Assembly: GCA_964199315.1 (NCBI GenBank)
Contig: OZ116704.1
Span: forward strand, 8,618,001 to 8,682,000
Source of the DNA: Orbicella franksi
Lineage: Eukaryota
Direction of reading: 5' to 3'
DNA: 64,000 nucleotides
Part shown: positions 38,401-47,733 of the stretch, one piece after another
Numbering within the stretch: position 1 is the first letter of the stretch
Layout of the letters: each line of letters opens with the position of its first letter
Position numbers and translations under genes: made by a program
Notes under the pieces: generated by a model
Told to the model about the DNA's origin: nothing
Database searches by the model: none
The model's input: only the letters and a program-made list of their open reading frames with translations

Positions 38401-41400
38401 TTTGCTGCCCTTCTTCAGAAGTCGTCATCTTTCTTTGGCAAACGTTGACGCTATTTTGGAGTTCCTGAATATGTTGTTGCGATGCATTCAGTTTTCCTTG
38501 CATTTCTGTAACAATCCTCTTCATGTTAAACACCTCTTTTTCCGCCTCATCTCGGTCCCTAGTTGCAGCAGTTAACAAACTTTGCGTGCTGATTAACTCC
38601 TGACTTAGCACGAAGATGTCTTTTTCTAGCTTTTGGTTCTCCTTCACCACGTGCTCTGTGGACGACTCTTTACCATCCAGGCCTTTGTGTTCCAATAGCA
38701 CGCGAGCCTCTTGGAGGGTTCGCTGCGTACTTAACAGTTCGTCGTCTCTGTTCTTCAGCGTTTCTATGTACTCTTGAACTTGTTGCTCCAGTTGCATTCG
38801 TGCATTTTGTGCATTGTTGATCTCCATTTCTAATTTTAATATCTTTTTTCGTGCCTCTTGTATTTCCGTATTAACAGTCTCCAATTTAACAACTGAATGA
38901 CGGTGGTCATCTTTCAACGGAGTGAATTCTTTTTGAAGCGCTATGAGGTCTTGCTCAATTTCGCTCTTTCTTGCTTGGATTACATCGTATTTCGATTCCC
39001 ATTGAGACTCTAAAGTCCGAGCAGCAAAAAGATTTTCTTGGAGCTCAGCTTCCTTCTCAAGAAATGCTCGGCTGCTTGCTTCCAACTCGACAATTTTTCT
39101 CCTTTGCATCATGACTTCTCTTTCTAGAGTTTCAATTTTTTCTTGAAAAACAGAATTTGCATTTTCACTAGCTTGAAGTCGTGGAAGAGATTTGCTTTGA
39201 AGTTCAAGGCTCTGATACCGTTCAGCCAACTCTTTGTATTCCACTTCTACCGTATGCAGCCTTTTCTTGAAAGAATCTGCCTCTATTTCTAAGTTTGTGT
39301 TCTTCGCTTGAAGCTCTCTAACCTCTCCCTCTTTCTTGATTGCATCGGTCTTAAGAATGTTGATGGTGCCTTCTAGATTAGCAATCTGCTGATCAGATGA
39401 CATGTGACTGTCTTGGTGCATCAAGGAACTGTTCTTCCATTCTTCCACTTTACCACATAGTGCTTGTTTCTCACGGTCCTGTTCCATTATTTGATGTTCA
39501 AACGACGCTAGTTTTGCCATAGCAGACTGGTACTCAGTTATGAGTCGGTCTCTTTCAATGGCCACTTTTTGAATTCGCGCTTCATAGTCAGCATTAGATG
39601 TTGTTAAGGATAAAATTTCCTGTTGTAATCGTTCTTTCTCGAGCTTCGTTCTTCCACAGTCTTCGCGAGATTCCGCTAGTGTGTGTCTCAGTGTTTCGAT
39701 GCTTTCCTCTAAGTAGAGTTTGCTAGCTCTTAATTGGTCCATCAAAAGCTCTTTCTCGTCCATCTCTTTCTTCATGGCGTCCGCCCCGATTCTTTGCTCT
39801 ATAAGCAGTTTGTCATTCTTCAAAAACTCATCATGGCTACTCGATACTCTTTGAAGAGCACTCTCAAGATGGCGTTTGACCGAATCCTTCTCGCGGATTT
39901 CATAATCATATTTTACCTCTAAGTCCGTCAATTTACCGTGTAAGGTTACCAGCTCCTCTTTGAGATTTTTCTTCTCTAGGTCGTACTTGTCAATAGCCAA
40001 CTCGTACTCCTGTATTTTAGTCTGAAGCGTTCCGTTTTCGCGGCTGTACTCCAGAGTTTCTTGATGTGCCGCTTTATTCTCCATCTCAAGTCGTTTAATC
40101 TTGTTTTTGTGGTCATCAATTTTTTGTCTGAGTGATCTTTCTCTGTCTTCACTTTGTTTGTACAGAGCTTCAACTTCCCAGATCTTCTCATAAGATGTCT
40201 TTTCCAGCTCTCCACTTTCATCATGGAAACTGCTTAACTCAAGCCTGGAGATGCTCGCGTTAGCTTCATCTAAGCTATCTTCGAGCTCTTTTGCTCTTGA
40301 CTGACTCCTTTCATAGTTAACTCCCAAGGAATCCAGGTCCTGTTGCAAAGCTGTCACCTCCGTTTCCAAGGCCACCTTGTCGTTAATCGCCTTTTCCAAC
40401 GCGATATCTTTTTCTTTTAACTCCAAACTCAGACTTTCGCAAGCTCTGTTCTTTTCCTGAACCTGATTTTGACACACTTTTAATTCTTTTTTCATCTGCG
40501 TAATGCCTGTTTGGGAACTTTCCCATTGCGTTTTGTATTCATCCTTATCAAAATGAAGGCTCGACACTTGGGCCTCAAGGCTGACAATCTTAAACTTAGA
40601 AGTACTTAACTCTTGTTCCAACTTCATGACAGAGTCTCTAAGAGCAAACACTTCTTGCTCACGCTGTTCCAGTTTCTCTTTGTATGAGGTCAACCTTCCT
40701 TCGTATTCACTTTTCTCTGCACGCAATCCCTCAGTTGTAACCTTAAAGGACATCAGCTCGCTTTTTGCCTTCTCTAATTCAGCCTCTGCAGATCTGATCT
40801 TCATATGAAGTTCTTCCACTAGTTGATCTTTCCTGAGGATTGCTTTGTTGACAGTCTCGTTTATCTTCTTTTCTTCGGTAACTTGACTTTCCAGTCGCAT
40901 AATGTTCTCCTTGTCATAAATAAGTTTTGTGTTGATCTCATCTAGCTGGTCTTTAAGCTGTGTCCTTTGATCTTGCATGGTCTCGATTTGTGATTCATAC
41001 TTCGCGATTCGAGTACGCATTATGTGGAGTTCCTCTTCTGCTTTTTCTTTCACCTGCCTGCAAGCCAATACCTCCTGTTCAAGCTCCGAGTTTCTCTTCT
41101 CTAGAATGATCAGCTTTTGCATTCGTTCTTCCTTGTTTGCAACTGCTTCCTCTAGCTCTTGTTTCAAAATTGACATTTTATTTTCTGTTTCTTCTAATTC
41201 ATCGAGAGCACCTTGTATATCGTTCTTCGTGAGTGCTGATATGGACTCCAGCGAACTGACTTTGCTCTTGTATGACGCAAGTTCTCTGGCTAGCTCACTC
41301 GATCTTGAACGCTCGTGATCTAGTTCTCTAGCCTTCTCAGCGGCCACAGACCTCTTGAAACTAGAATCCATGTTAGCAATCTTTTTCTGTGCTGCAAGAT

Positions 41401-43102
41401 AGTCTGCTTCAAGCTGCTGCTTGCGTTTCAGCGTCGTTTCATACAAGCCTTGCGCTCGAGAATGTTCTTCCTGCTTGACCATAAGTTGGTTGTGTAGCAT
41501 TTTCTTCTCCTTTTCACCCATTTCGCGCATACCCTTCACATTTGTCAGCTCTTCTCGACAAGCATCGAAGTCAACGTTTAACACGTTCAGTTTTTCGTGA
41601 AGTTGTTGTAACGATGCCTCCCTTTCTGCTATTTCCTTACGTAGCTCGTCGTTTACGCGCTGTTGCTCCATGAGCTGCGTTTTAAGTAAAGTAGCTTCTT
41701 GGCTGACAGCACTGTAAGTAGCAGAATATTCTTGCATTCTAACTTCGTAGGTAGAACGTTGATTGACGGCTTCTTCGAGCTCAGCCTCCAGCTTTGTGAC
41801 TTGTTGCTGTAGTGCCATGGTTTGGTGTTGAAAATCGTATTTCTCATGCTCGCATGCGTTATAGGACGCTTGTAGCTCCGACAACCTCTTGTAAAACGAC
41901 TGCATTTCAAGGTTTAGTTTCTCGTTTTCTTCTGAGTTCTGTCTGTTATCGGCAGTTATGTCTCGAATTCTCTTGTGTGCATCTAACGTCTCTTCTTGCA
42001 GTGCTCGTTTTTCTTCCTCAATGATCTCCATCTGAGCTTGAAGCTTGCTAACTTCACTGAACAAGGACTCAGTCTTGAGTTCGTAAGCAGTCATTGATGC
42101 TCTGAGATCCTCGATGATCTCATCCTTTTTATCGGACGCCTTTCTGCTTGACTCTGAGTTCCTCTGAGACTCTTCATAACGGCTCTGTGCCTTTGCCAGC
42201 TCTCTTTTCAGTCTTGTGACGTTTGATCGTTCCTCTTCTAGCTCCGCTTTAAAATTCGTCTTCTGCTTTGATGCACTCTCAATTTGACCCTCGTACTTGA
42301 ACATTTGGCTTTTCATAGCCGCCAACTTCTGTTCAACCTCGTTACTAGCATCCTCAGTCTTCTGCAAAAGAGATTTTGTTTCTGCAATCCTTCGCTCGGA
42401 TAACGTGAGTTCCTCTCTTACATCATCTCTTTCGCGTATTGCCGTTTCATAGCTGGACTCCAGTTGACTAATTCTAATTAAGGATTCCTCGAGTTTAACA
42501 GTAAGATGTTCGATTTCATCTTTGGCTTGAACGTAAGTGGGCTGCAACTGCGAGAATCTTCTTCCTTGGGCAAACATATCCGATTCCAGTCCAGCGATGT
42601 TATCGCGCAATCTAGAGTTTTCCATGTCCAGTTCTGCAACTTTGTCCAAGCTTTTCCTGTTAGCGTCTTCCATGGTTGTCAGTTTGCTTGACATGGCAGA
42701 TAACTCTCTTTGAAGATCGTCTCTTTCGGCTTTTATTGACTGAAGACTTGTGTCTAACTCGGCGATCTTTACTTGTGACAGGTTCATTTCTGTTTCTACA
42801 ACTTTACTCTGGGTTGCATGTAGTTCCATGGATATTCTCTGCTTAGACAGTTGCTCTTTTAGATCTTCAACCCGTGACACGAGGTCCTTATTGGCCGTTT
42901 CTAACTTTTCAACTTGGCGCGTTTTAGCAACGAGTTCTCCTTTGGAGTCCTCAGCTTGTTTCTGTATCTCAAGGACCTCCCTCTGCAGCAGAGACTGAGT
43001 TTCTTTGTTTTTGCGGAGTTCGTCGCGTGATTCACCGAGCTGTATCTTAAAGTTTTCTCTTTGCTTACTTGCGTTTTGAAGCTGCATCTCCAGTTTAGAA
43101 AC
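35453..43102 (-). CDS. Giant coiled-coil protein C, terminal exon (7650 nt, phase 0)
   Basis: Uninterrupted heptad-type ORF. Acceptor ttttcataacacag|GTT at 43103/43102; stop at 35453-35455. Confidence 0.88.
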   Translation of the reverse strand, partial: VSKLEMQLQNASKQRENFKIQLGESRDELRKNKETQSLLQREVLEIQKQAEDSKGELVAKTRQVEKLETANKDLVSRVEDLKEQLSKQRISMELHATQSKVVETEMNLSQVKIAELDTSLQSIKAERDDLQRELSAMSSKLTTMEDANRKSLDKVAELDMENSRLRDNIAGLESDMFAQGRRFSQLQPTYVQAKDEIEHLTVKLEESLIRISQLESSYETAIRERDDVREELTLSERRIAETKSLLQKTEDASNEVEQKLAAMKSQMFKYEGQIESASKQKTNFKAELEEERSNVTRLKRELAKAQSRYEESQRNSESSRKASDKKDEIIEDLRASMTAYELKTESLFSEVSKLQAQMEIIEEEKRALQEETLDAHKRIRDITADNRQNSEENEKLNLEMQSFYKRLSELQASYNACEHEKYDFQHQTMALQQQVTKLEAELEEAVNQRSTYEVRMQEYSATYSAVSQEATLLKTQLMEQQRVNDELRKEIAEREASLQQLHEKLNVLNVDFDACREELTNVKGMREMGEKEKKMLHNQLMVKQEEHSRAQGLYETTLKRKQQLEADYLAAQKKIANMDSSFKRSVAAEKARELDHERSRSSELARELASYKSKVSSLESISALTKNDIQGALDELEETENKMSILKQELEEAVANKEERMQKLIILEKRNSELEQEVLACRQVKEKAEEELHIMRTRIAKYESQIETMQDQRTQLKDQLDEINTKLIYDKENIMRLESQVTEEKKINETVNKAILRKDQLVEELHMKIRSAEAELEKAKSELMSFKVTTEGLRAEKSEYEGRLTSYKEKLEQREQEVFALRDSVMKLEQELSTSKFKIVSLEAQVSSLHFDKDEYKTQWESSQTGITQMKKELKVCQNQVQEKNRACESLSLELKEKDIALEKAINDKVALETEVTALQQDLDSLGVNYERSQSRAKELEDSLDEANASISRLELSSFHDESGELEKTSYEKIWEVEALYKQSEDRERSLRQKIDDHKNKIKRLEMENKAAHQETLEYSRENGTLQTKIQEYELAIDKYDLEKKNLKEELVTLHGKLTDLEVKYDYEIREKDSVKRHLESALQRVSSSHDEFLKNDKLLIEQRIGADAMKKEMDEKELLMDQLRASKLYLEESIETLRHTLAESREDCGRTKLEKERLQQEILSLTTSNADYEARIQKVAIERDRLITEYQSAMAKLASFEHQIMEQDREKQALCGKVEEWKNSSLMHQDSHMSSDQQIANLEGTINILKTDAIKKEGEVRELQAKNTNLEIEADSFKKRLHTVEVEYKELAERYQSLELQSKSLPRLQASENANSVFQEKIETLEREVMMQRRKIVELEASSRAFLEKEAELQENLFAARTLESQWESKYDVIQARKSEIEQDLIALQKEFTPLKDDHRHSVVKLETVNTEIQEARKKILKLEMEINNAQNARMQLEQQVQEYIETLKNRDDELLSTQRTLQEARVLLEHKGLDGKESSTEHVVKENQKLEKDIFVLSQELISTQSLLTAATRDRDEAEKEVFNMKRIVTEMQGKLNASQQHIQELQNSVNVCQRKMTTSEEGQQKAIIEQVTLRSQLDEANKRMVYSKEEFFEKQRELFSLRALVENYKKELAKNDSWQKEQSTKIKLLEDELRSSKLRIACGSDDYNNVSQELARLKLQLDEKDKCILVTEENIKKLLEENNKLRLELSDSQALESMHKQNLNDSKHKADFLQEEIMSLRQKMSYLEAQNSTKEEELRDSKKELLALKRSNFGIKSKYESLQRQTRELREELAMAKAKQSIVQHDESTVLTEKTFGRIEESVSRHQSSFIWKNEEHVREISQLEEKVLDLESKLSEARRQQEKLECEVIWRTRRIEDLEGRILKNTKQQDYSDGNNLQLNVETLQQELNASKNTIMRLEEYRDSCEKNIEVTEEKLRLAEQKALQMESAYLSSQESCDFVHKKFLETQKRLSVIETSPQRRESLDDVLKGLLRQEDEVKRLIDEARRSNGNLREELEKTERTRKESEVMLAENKATNSLQMDRLKTELSQFRDDYQRIYKEKQNLSADFQKLELQISCWEKSYHDIKQENGDLHFQLSVLQQRFSQLQETTGIVKQESRYVSSADVTPQSSEMQQLKEDKGKLNGEVASLNILLSSYKEKLDSLHSEKLQLHVKLEESKKKMFSLAQTNSTLIAEKSRLEQQVSIANKVSDVGLKELDREKETAKMFELRIDLEKVSKERDYLQHMLDGLQKQFLDYNLNDGIHTSLEIDSRIDSYRREIDEKNVMIDNLRTETVQLQAGIESTKKELAEKSFLSERQSFQVEEFKKEADSLRAVLAENVKENGTLKLRLNDICKERDFLVKNKCSLEYDLSVSRRKMSEAQNLAMTGNSRKDQELSIVQSKYAKLENDFKEVKQQNETMKLEMELQIKTELWSKQECIYELEKEARKLKAENDYHERVMEEKNTNLSKLRLQIASSQKEIGKLEKELFVTKEAYEKSERRMREIFKCEHELLTIEDLRSLVSSSPVLSVRSLSVAEHSFTGRRVTEDHSLSLSSIHPSFKSQLK

Positions 43103-43343
43103 CTGTGTTATGAAAACGTTAATGACAATATGGAAATCTATCACACCAAGAGATTATGATCTGTTGGTCAAACGTATTTTCTTACAAATATTATCAGCCG
43201 AAAGGAGCTAATCATTTCTACAGTACACATGACTTGTATATCGGAAAATATCCATCGACTGACTTAATTTTCCAGTATATGCACGAAATTAAAGCTTCAG
43301 AAAAGTGTATGCACAAAGAAAAATCGAACCGCGAGTTGGATAT

Positions 43344-43728
43344 TAGGGAGCTTAAGCACTGACGACCGCGACGCAAAGGGCCTGACGGACAGCTAGTACA
43401 AAATGAACTTCCATTTTAGTACTATACCTTGGAATTTCGCAATTGTCTACAGAAATGGTCGGTACACCGACCTGTTTTAAAGCCCGCTCAAACTAAATAT
43501 AAAGTGCCAGCTATCAGTCCCATGAGAAATTAACAAAAATTAGTCGTCGTCCCTCACGTTTTCCAAAGTATACAAAGCTTGTTCAGTTCACGCTTTGTTT
43601 TGCCAAAGACAGCCACGAAATGTAAAAACAATTCATTACGCGAGTGCATTATTATTGGTCTGCTCATTAAACATTTCCATTAAAACGTTCCCGTTGCCGT
43701 CGTCTTCGGCTTTTGCTTAAGCCCCCTA
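43344..43728. mobile_element. MITE in intron 2 of gene C
   Basis: TIRs tagggagcttaagca / tgcttaagcccccta, with gacgaccgcgacg / cgttgccgtcgtc subterminal arms. Confidence 0.75.
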
Positions 43729-44081
43729 CTCACGCAATAACACGAGATAGCATAGCTGTGTAACGTTCTGTTCATATCAGTCCATGGACTTCGGCCTGCG
43801 ATTGTGGACTTGCTATGCAAAGATTTCCGGCTACTTTCAGAAGAATTCCATACATTATCCAAAGGTTATTCTATCTTCGACTGTCACAGATCATTTCACT
43901 TCGATCACCTCCGATTATTTAAGAGAAACAAACGAATGTTCCTCGACCAAGTCCTAGGTAACATTTATTTCAATCTCAATTTCCTGAACCAAATATTTAT
44001 GCACTCTTTCCCCTCCAGGTTTGGCTATTAAAATAGTGGCTCGAGAGTTGAACACAAAGGAAACGCTTAAATTTCACAAAC

Positions 44082-44570
44082 CTTAATGCTGTAATTTTTG
44101 CTGCAGTTCACTAGCTCCCTCTGTGACTTTTCGCACTCTGCTTGTATCCCAGCCAGTTTATCTTGTAGCTCCATCAAGTCGTTCTGGATAACTTCCTTCT
44201 CCTGGACTAGGCAGTTATAACTCTCTTCCCAATTGGCTGCCTCTTGTTTTGCTGCAAGTAGCTGCTCATTATCCTCCACCGTACTTCTGTGGAGAAGTGC
44301 TGTCGTACTGGACGACAGCTCCCGCTGTAAATTGGCAAATTCCCGCTCCAGTTCGTCCTTTTCCTTTTGTAGGACATTGGTGACGTTTTTACATGAAGTC
44401 ACTTCTCGCTCTAAGGTTTCTTTCTCCCAGTCTCTCTCTGCTAGGGCGTGTTTAATCGTAACTAGTTCTTCTTGGTATTTTCTGCATTCGTTTTTTGACT
44501 CACTCAACTGATCATCTAACGCTTCCCTCGCCTTCTGAAGACTCTCTATTCTGGTCTGAAGTTGGTTAAC
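44082..44570 (-). CDS. Gene C exon 2 (489 nt, 163 codons, phase 0/0)
   Basis: Acceptor aattttatccag|GTT at 44571/44570, donor AAG|gtttgt at 44082/44081. Coiled-coil peptide VNQLQ...NYSIK joins in frame to VSKLEMQ. Confidence 0.8.
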
Positions 44571-45411
44571 CTGGATAAAATTACGTGAAAGGTTATAATC
44601 CACGAAACATATCTTCGTTATTAACAAGAAATAACAAGCGTGCAAACAGCGGTGACATACATCTTCAGAAGTGACCGTTGAGACTAGAAGTAAAAACTAA
44701 ATTTCAATTTTAAGATAAGTAACTAATTAATATTTGTTGGTCAATAAGAATGACAGAAGCCGAAAACATTTGCATATTAAAAGATACAAACTAATAAAGA
44801 TAAAGCTTTTCGCTGCTAACATTATCATTTAGGGTAGGTTTCACTGAATTCTCTAATTAGCAGAGTCTCCTTTATCTTACAATGGGTATCTGACCGTTCT
44901 CTTGCTAAATCTTCGTTATTCATTTCAATATCGTATATTGGCTGGTAAAAAAGGTTCTTTGAACAACGGTGTTACTTATTTATTTGGAATAATAACAAAA
45001 AATAGAACAATACTTTGCACAACAGCTATACCTTGACGGATGAATACTACCTCTGTTCATCAATTGATACTACAATATTGGTATCACGTAAATGCCTAGC
45101 CATTGGTGAACCAATAATGGTAATCCTTATGTCATTATAGGTTACCATAGCAACAGTATAACCTGTTAAAAACACCCTTAATTTTAGCTTTTTATAAGCT
45201 CTTAAAAGAGCTTATAACTCAAAAACGAGTTCGGTAACCGCCATTTTTTATTATCGAATTGTGATAGCGAGATAAGTTGCAACTTTTTGCAAAGTTTTAA
45301 AAAAGTTCTGTATTGTGGGTTCAGAGGCACTCTAACTTTTTGGCATTTTTGACATTTCGGACAAATTTCGAACACCTTGCTGACACCTACAAAACATACA
45401 TTAGACTAAAA

Positions 45412-45549
45412 TAGAGCGATATTCCGAATTGAGTGTCGTAAAACCAAAACCAAACCAATAACTTACCAATTAGACTACTCAGCAAATATCAAACCGCAGA
45501 GTGAAACCAAAACCAAAACCAAAGTGATTGCCTGATTACTTTCGACACT
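45412..45549. mobile_element. Short MITE related to 32161-32453
   Basis: tagagcgatattccgaattgagtgtcgtaaaaccaaaacc ... gattactttcgacact. Confidence 0.6.
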
Positions 45550-45698
45550 GTAACATCTATGAAAATGATAGTTTTACTGCAACCTCAAGATTTTTTATTA
45601 CAGATACACCGAAAAAAAACAAAACACAAATTCTATGAAGCCGTTACGTATCTCAAGGAGTGTCTCAACTAAAGTTCACTCAGAGCTTTGGAACAATT

Positions 45699-45924
45699 AA
45701 CAATTATTCACCGAAGTGTAGGTGAATGGTGGTGGATATTTACCGAGCCGCGAAGCGGCCAGGTAAATATCCACCACTTTCACCGACACTGAGGTGAATA
45801 ATTGTTTTAGTATATACCACACGAGCTGAATAACTAGCGGACCAAAGAGTAACTTTATTTGTGTCAATATGCCGACAAATGGTCAGACAAAAAAATTGGC
45901 GCGCCGTGCGATGCTCGGAGGTGG

Positions 45925-45960
<36 letters not shown>

Positions 45961-46003
45961 AACGTGCGCGAAAAGTACTATTCACTTGTGTGGTATATAC
46001 TAA
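45699..46003. repeat. Composite hairpin repeat (two adjacent palindromic modules)
   Basis: 45699-45806: aacaattattcacc...gtggatatttacc...ggtaaatatccac...ggtgaataattgtt. 45807-46003: ttagtatataccacac...gtgtggtatatactaa. Confidence 0.8.
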
Positions 46004-47541
46004 CTTAAAATATTTATGCTTTACTGTTAATATTTCGGACACTTAGAAATTACTAATCGGACGCTCAAAAATTTCGGACGGTTTAATTTGGCCGAAATTT
46101 TTGCAAGTAATGTATCCGGTAGTAATATGGCCACTGCGTGCACATGCAGGGACCCTCGCGCCATTTCAATTTCGCCCTGATTAAAACCGATTAGTGAAAG
46201 TTGCAAATTGCATAGTATGTATCTGCATAGTTAGTGGAGGGGACTAACTATGGTACCTGGTTCAAGTTTATTGATGATACTATACTATAGAACACTATAG
46301 TAATAGTTTTTTTTACACGCTTGAGATAAACACACCAAAAGCCCACGTTTTGGTTGACTTGGATACGTGTTTGCCCAAAAGGCATCACCGAAGTTTTTGT
46401 ACATGCCTAACATTAATATCTTTTCAGAGACCCAACATCAAATCAACTTTCCTACACGTTTAAAACTTAATTATTTTCATGCAAACGTGGGGTCACTAAT
46501 TCAGTCTCTGGGGACTCAACCTCTTTTATGTTTTCTGCGCCATTTTATAACTGCTGTCACGGTTTTCATTTGCTTTTCCGTAATTCAGTTTCACAGCGAA
46601 CAAGTGAAGATTTAAAAGGGCGTATGTTCCTCGCTTCCTTGAAAGTGCTTAAAGGACGTTTCAGTGTTTGGAAAATGAACTACAGGTCCTAATAACTTTA
46701 TGAATTAATAAGGAGTAATGGCGGACACAAGAAGAAAAAACAATGGTGCTATAATGAAAGATTGCACGTATTGTAATTGAACTAAGTACAGTTTAATAAA
46801 ATGCAAATTGAACTTTCCACTAGCGCAAGGCGAAGCGAAGGTTATACGACAATTAAAATTCACGTCATGAAGACAAGCTCAATATCAATTTGTACTTTGT
46901 CCAAGTTATTTACTGATGTGTTGCAATGCCTCTTATTTCTTACAGTTAGACTTGCGGCTCTCAGTTTCAAAGGGTTTCGTGTATATAGATAATTAGACCA
47001 CATTAAATCTGTGATAAAAGACCGTGCCCCAGGGAATATGGAGTAAAAATTGAAAGAATTGATAGAATAGGTGAAAAGTGTTATATCGTCACAAATCTTA
47101 CTGGGTATAAGTCCTATCAACATTGAATGAGGTCAGAAGGAAAGGAAAAATCGTTCACATCCTTAAGATTTAAATACACGAAACGTGGTGCTCCCAAAAT
47201 TTTTTGAGTGTTGCTTTACCCTGCCAATTGATCTACAAGGCCCCAGACGTGATCAGGCAGAAGCGAACCACATTGGTCAGGAACAAACAACTATTTCAAA
47301 GAGGACTGGGCACTGGGCAATTTGACCGGCTATGAGGACGAGGATTTTGCCCGCCTGGTTTGACCATCTGAAAGAAAGGTTTCTCATAAAAAATTTCAGT
47401 TTAAAACGTTTTGCCTGCCTGTGAAAAGCAGTTGCCTTCCTGCAGAAAAAGTTAATGAAAACCCAGTTACAGCCTAGGAAGTTGTGGCTTAAAGACACAG
47501 TTTTCGACCTCAGGCAATAAAAGAATAGAAAATGTACTTAC

Positions 47542-47733
47542 CTGGGCTGCATGTTCCGTTTTGACTATCTCCAGCTCGTGTTTAAACGTCCGATAAGCTG
47601 CTTCCAAATCACCAAACGTTTCCTTTGCCGAGGCGAGATGCTGCAGTGTCGCATCCGCAGCTCCAACCGACCGCTCGATCGAGTTGGAGAAGCTTGTTTC
47701 TTCTAGAGATTCCACCCGGGACAAACGAGACAT
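47542..47733 (-). CDS. Gene C first coding exon (64 codons)
   Basis: aaagATG at 47733 with an in-frame TAG three codons upstream. MSRLSRVESLEE...TEHAAQ, then a perfect donor CAG|gtaagt at 47542/47541, phase 0, joining exon 2 in frame. Membership in gene C is inferred from strand, phase and position. Confidence 0.7.

Noticed and set aside
2299-42998. Dozens of 60-136 aa antisense or alternate-frame ORFs rich in S/F/L overlapping A, B and C
   Set aside because: Expected shadows of GAA/AAA/GAG-rich coiled-coil codons; no independent evidence.
43103-43144. ORF-track GTG start for the 2563-aa ORF (and TTG start 44645 for the 192-aa ORF)
   Set aside because: These stretches are intron ends upstream of canonical acceptors. 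The ORFs are exons of gene C.
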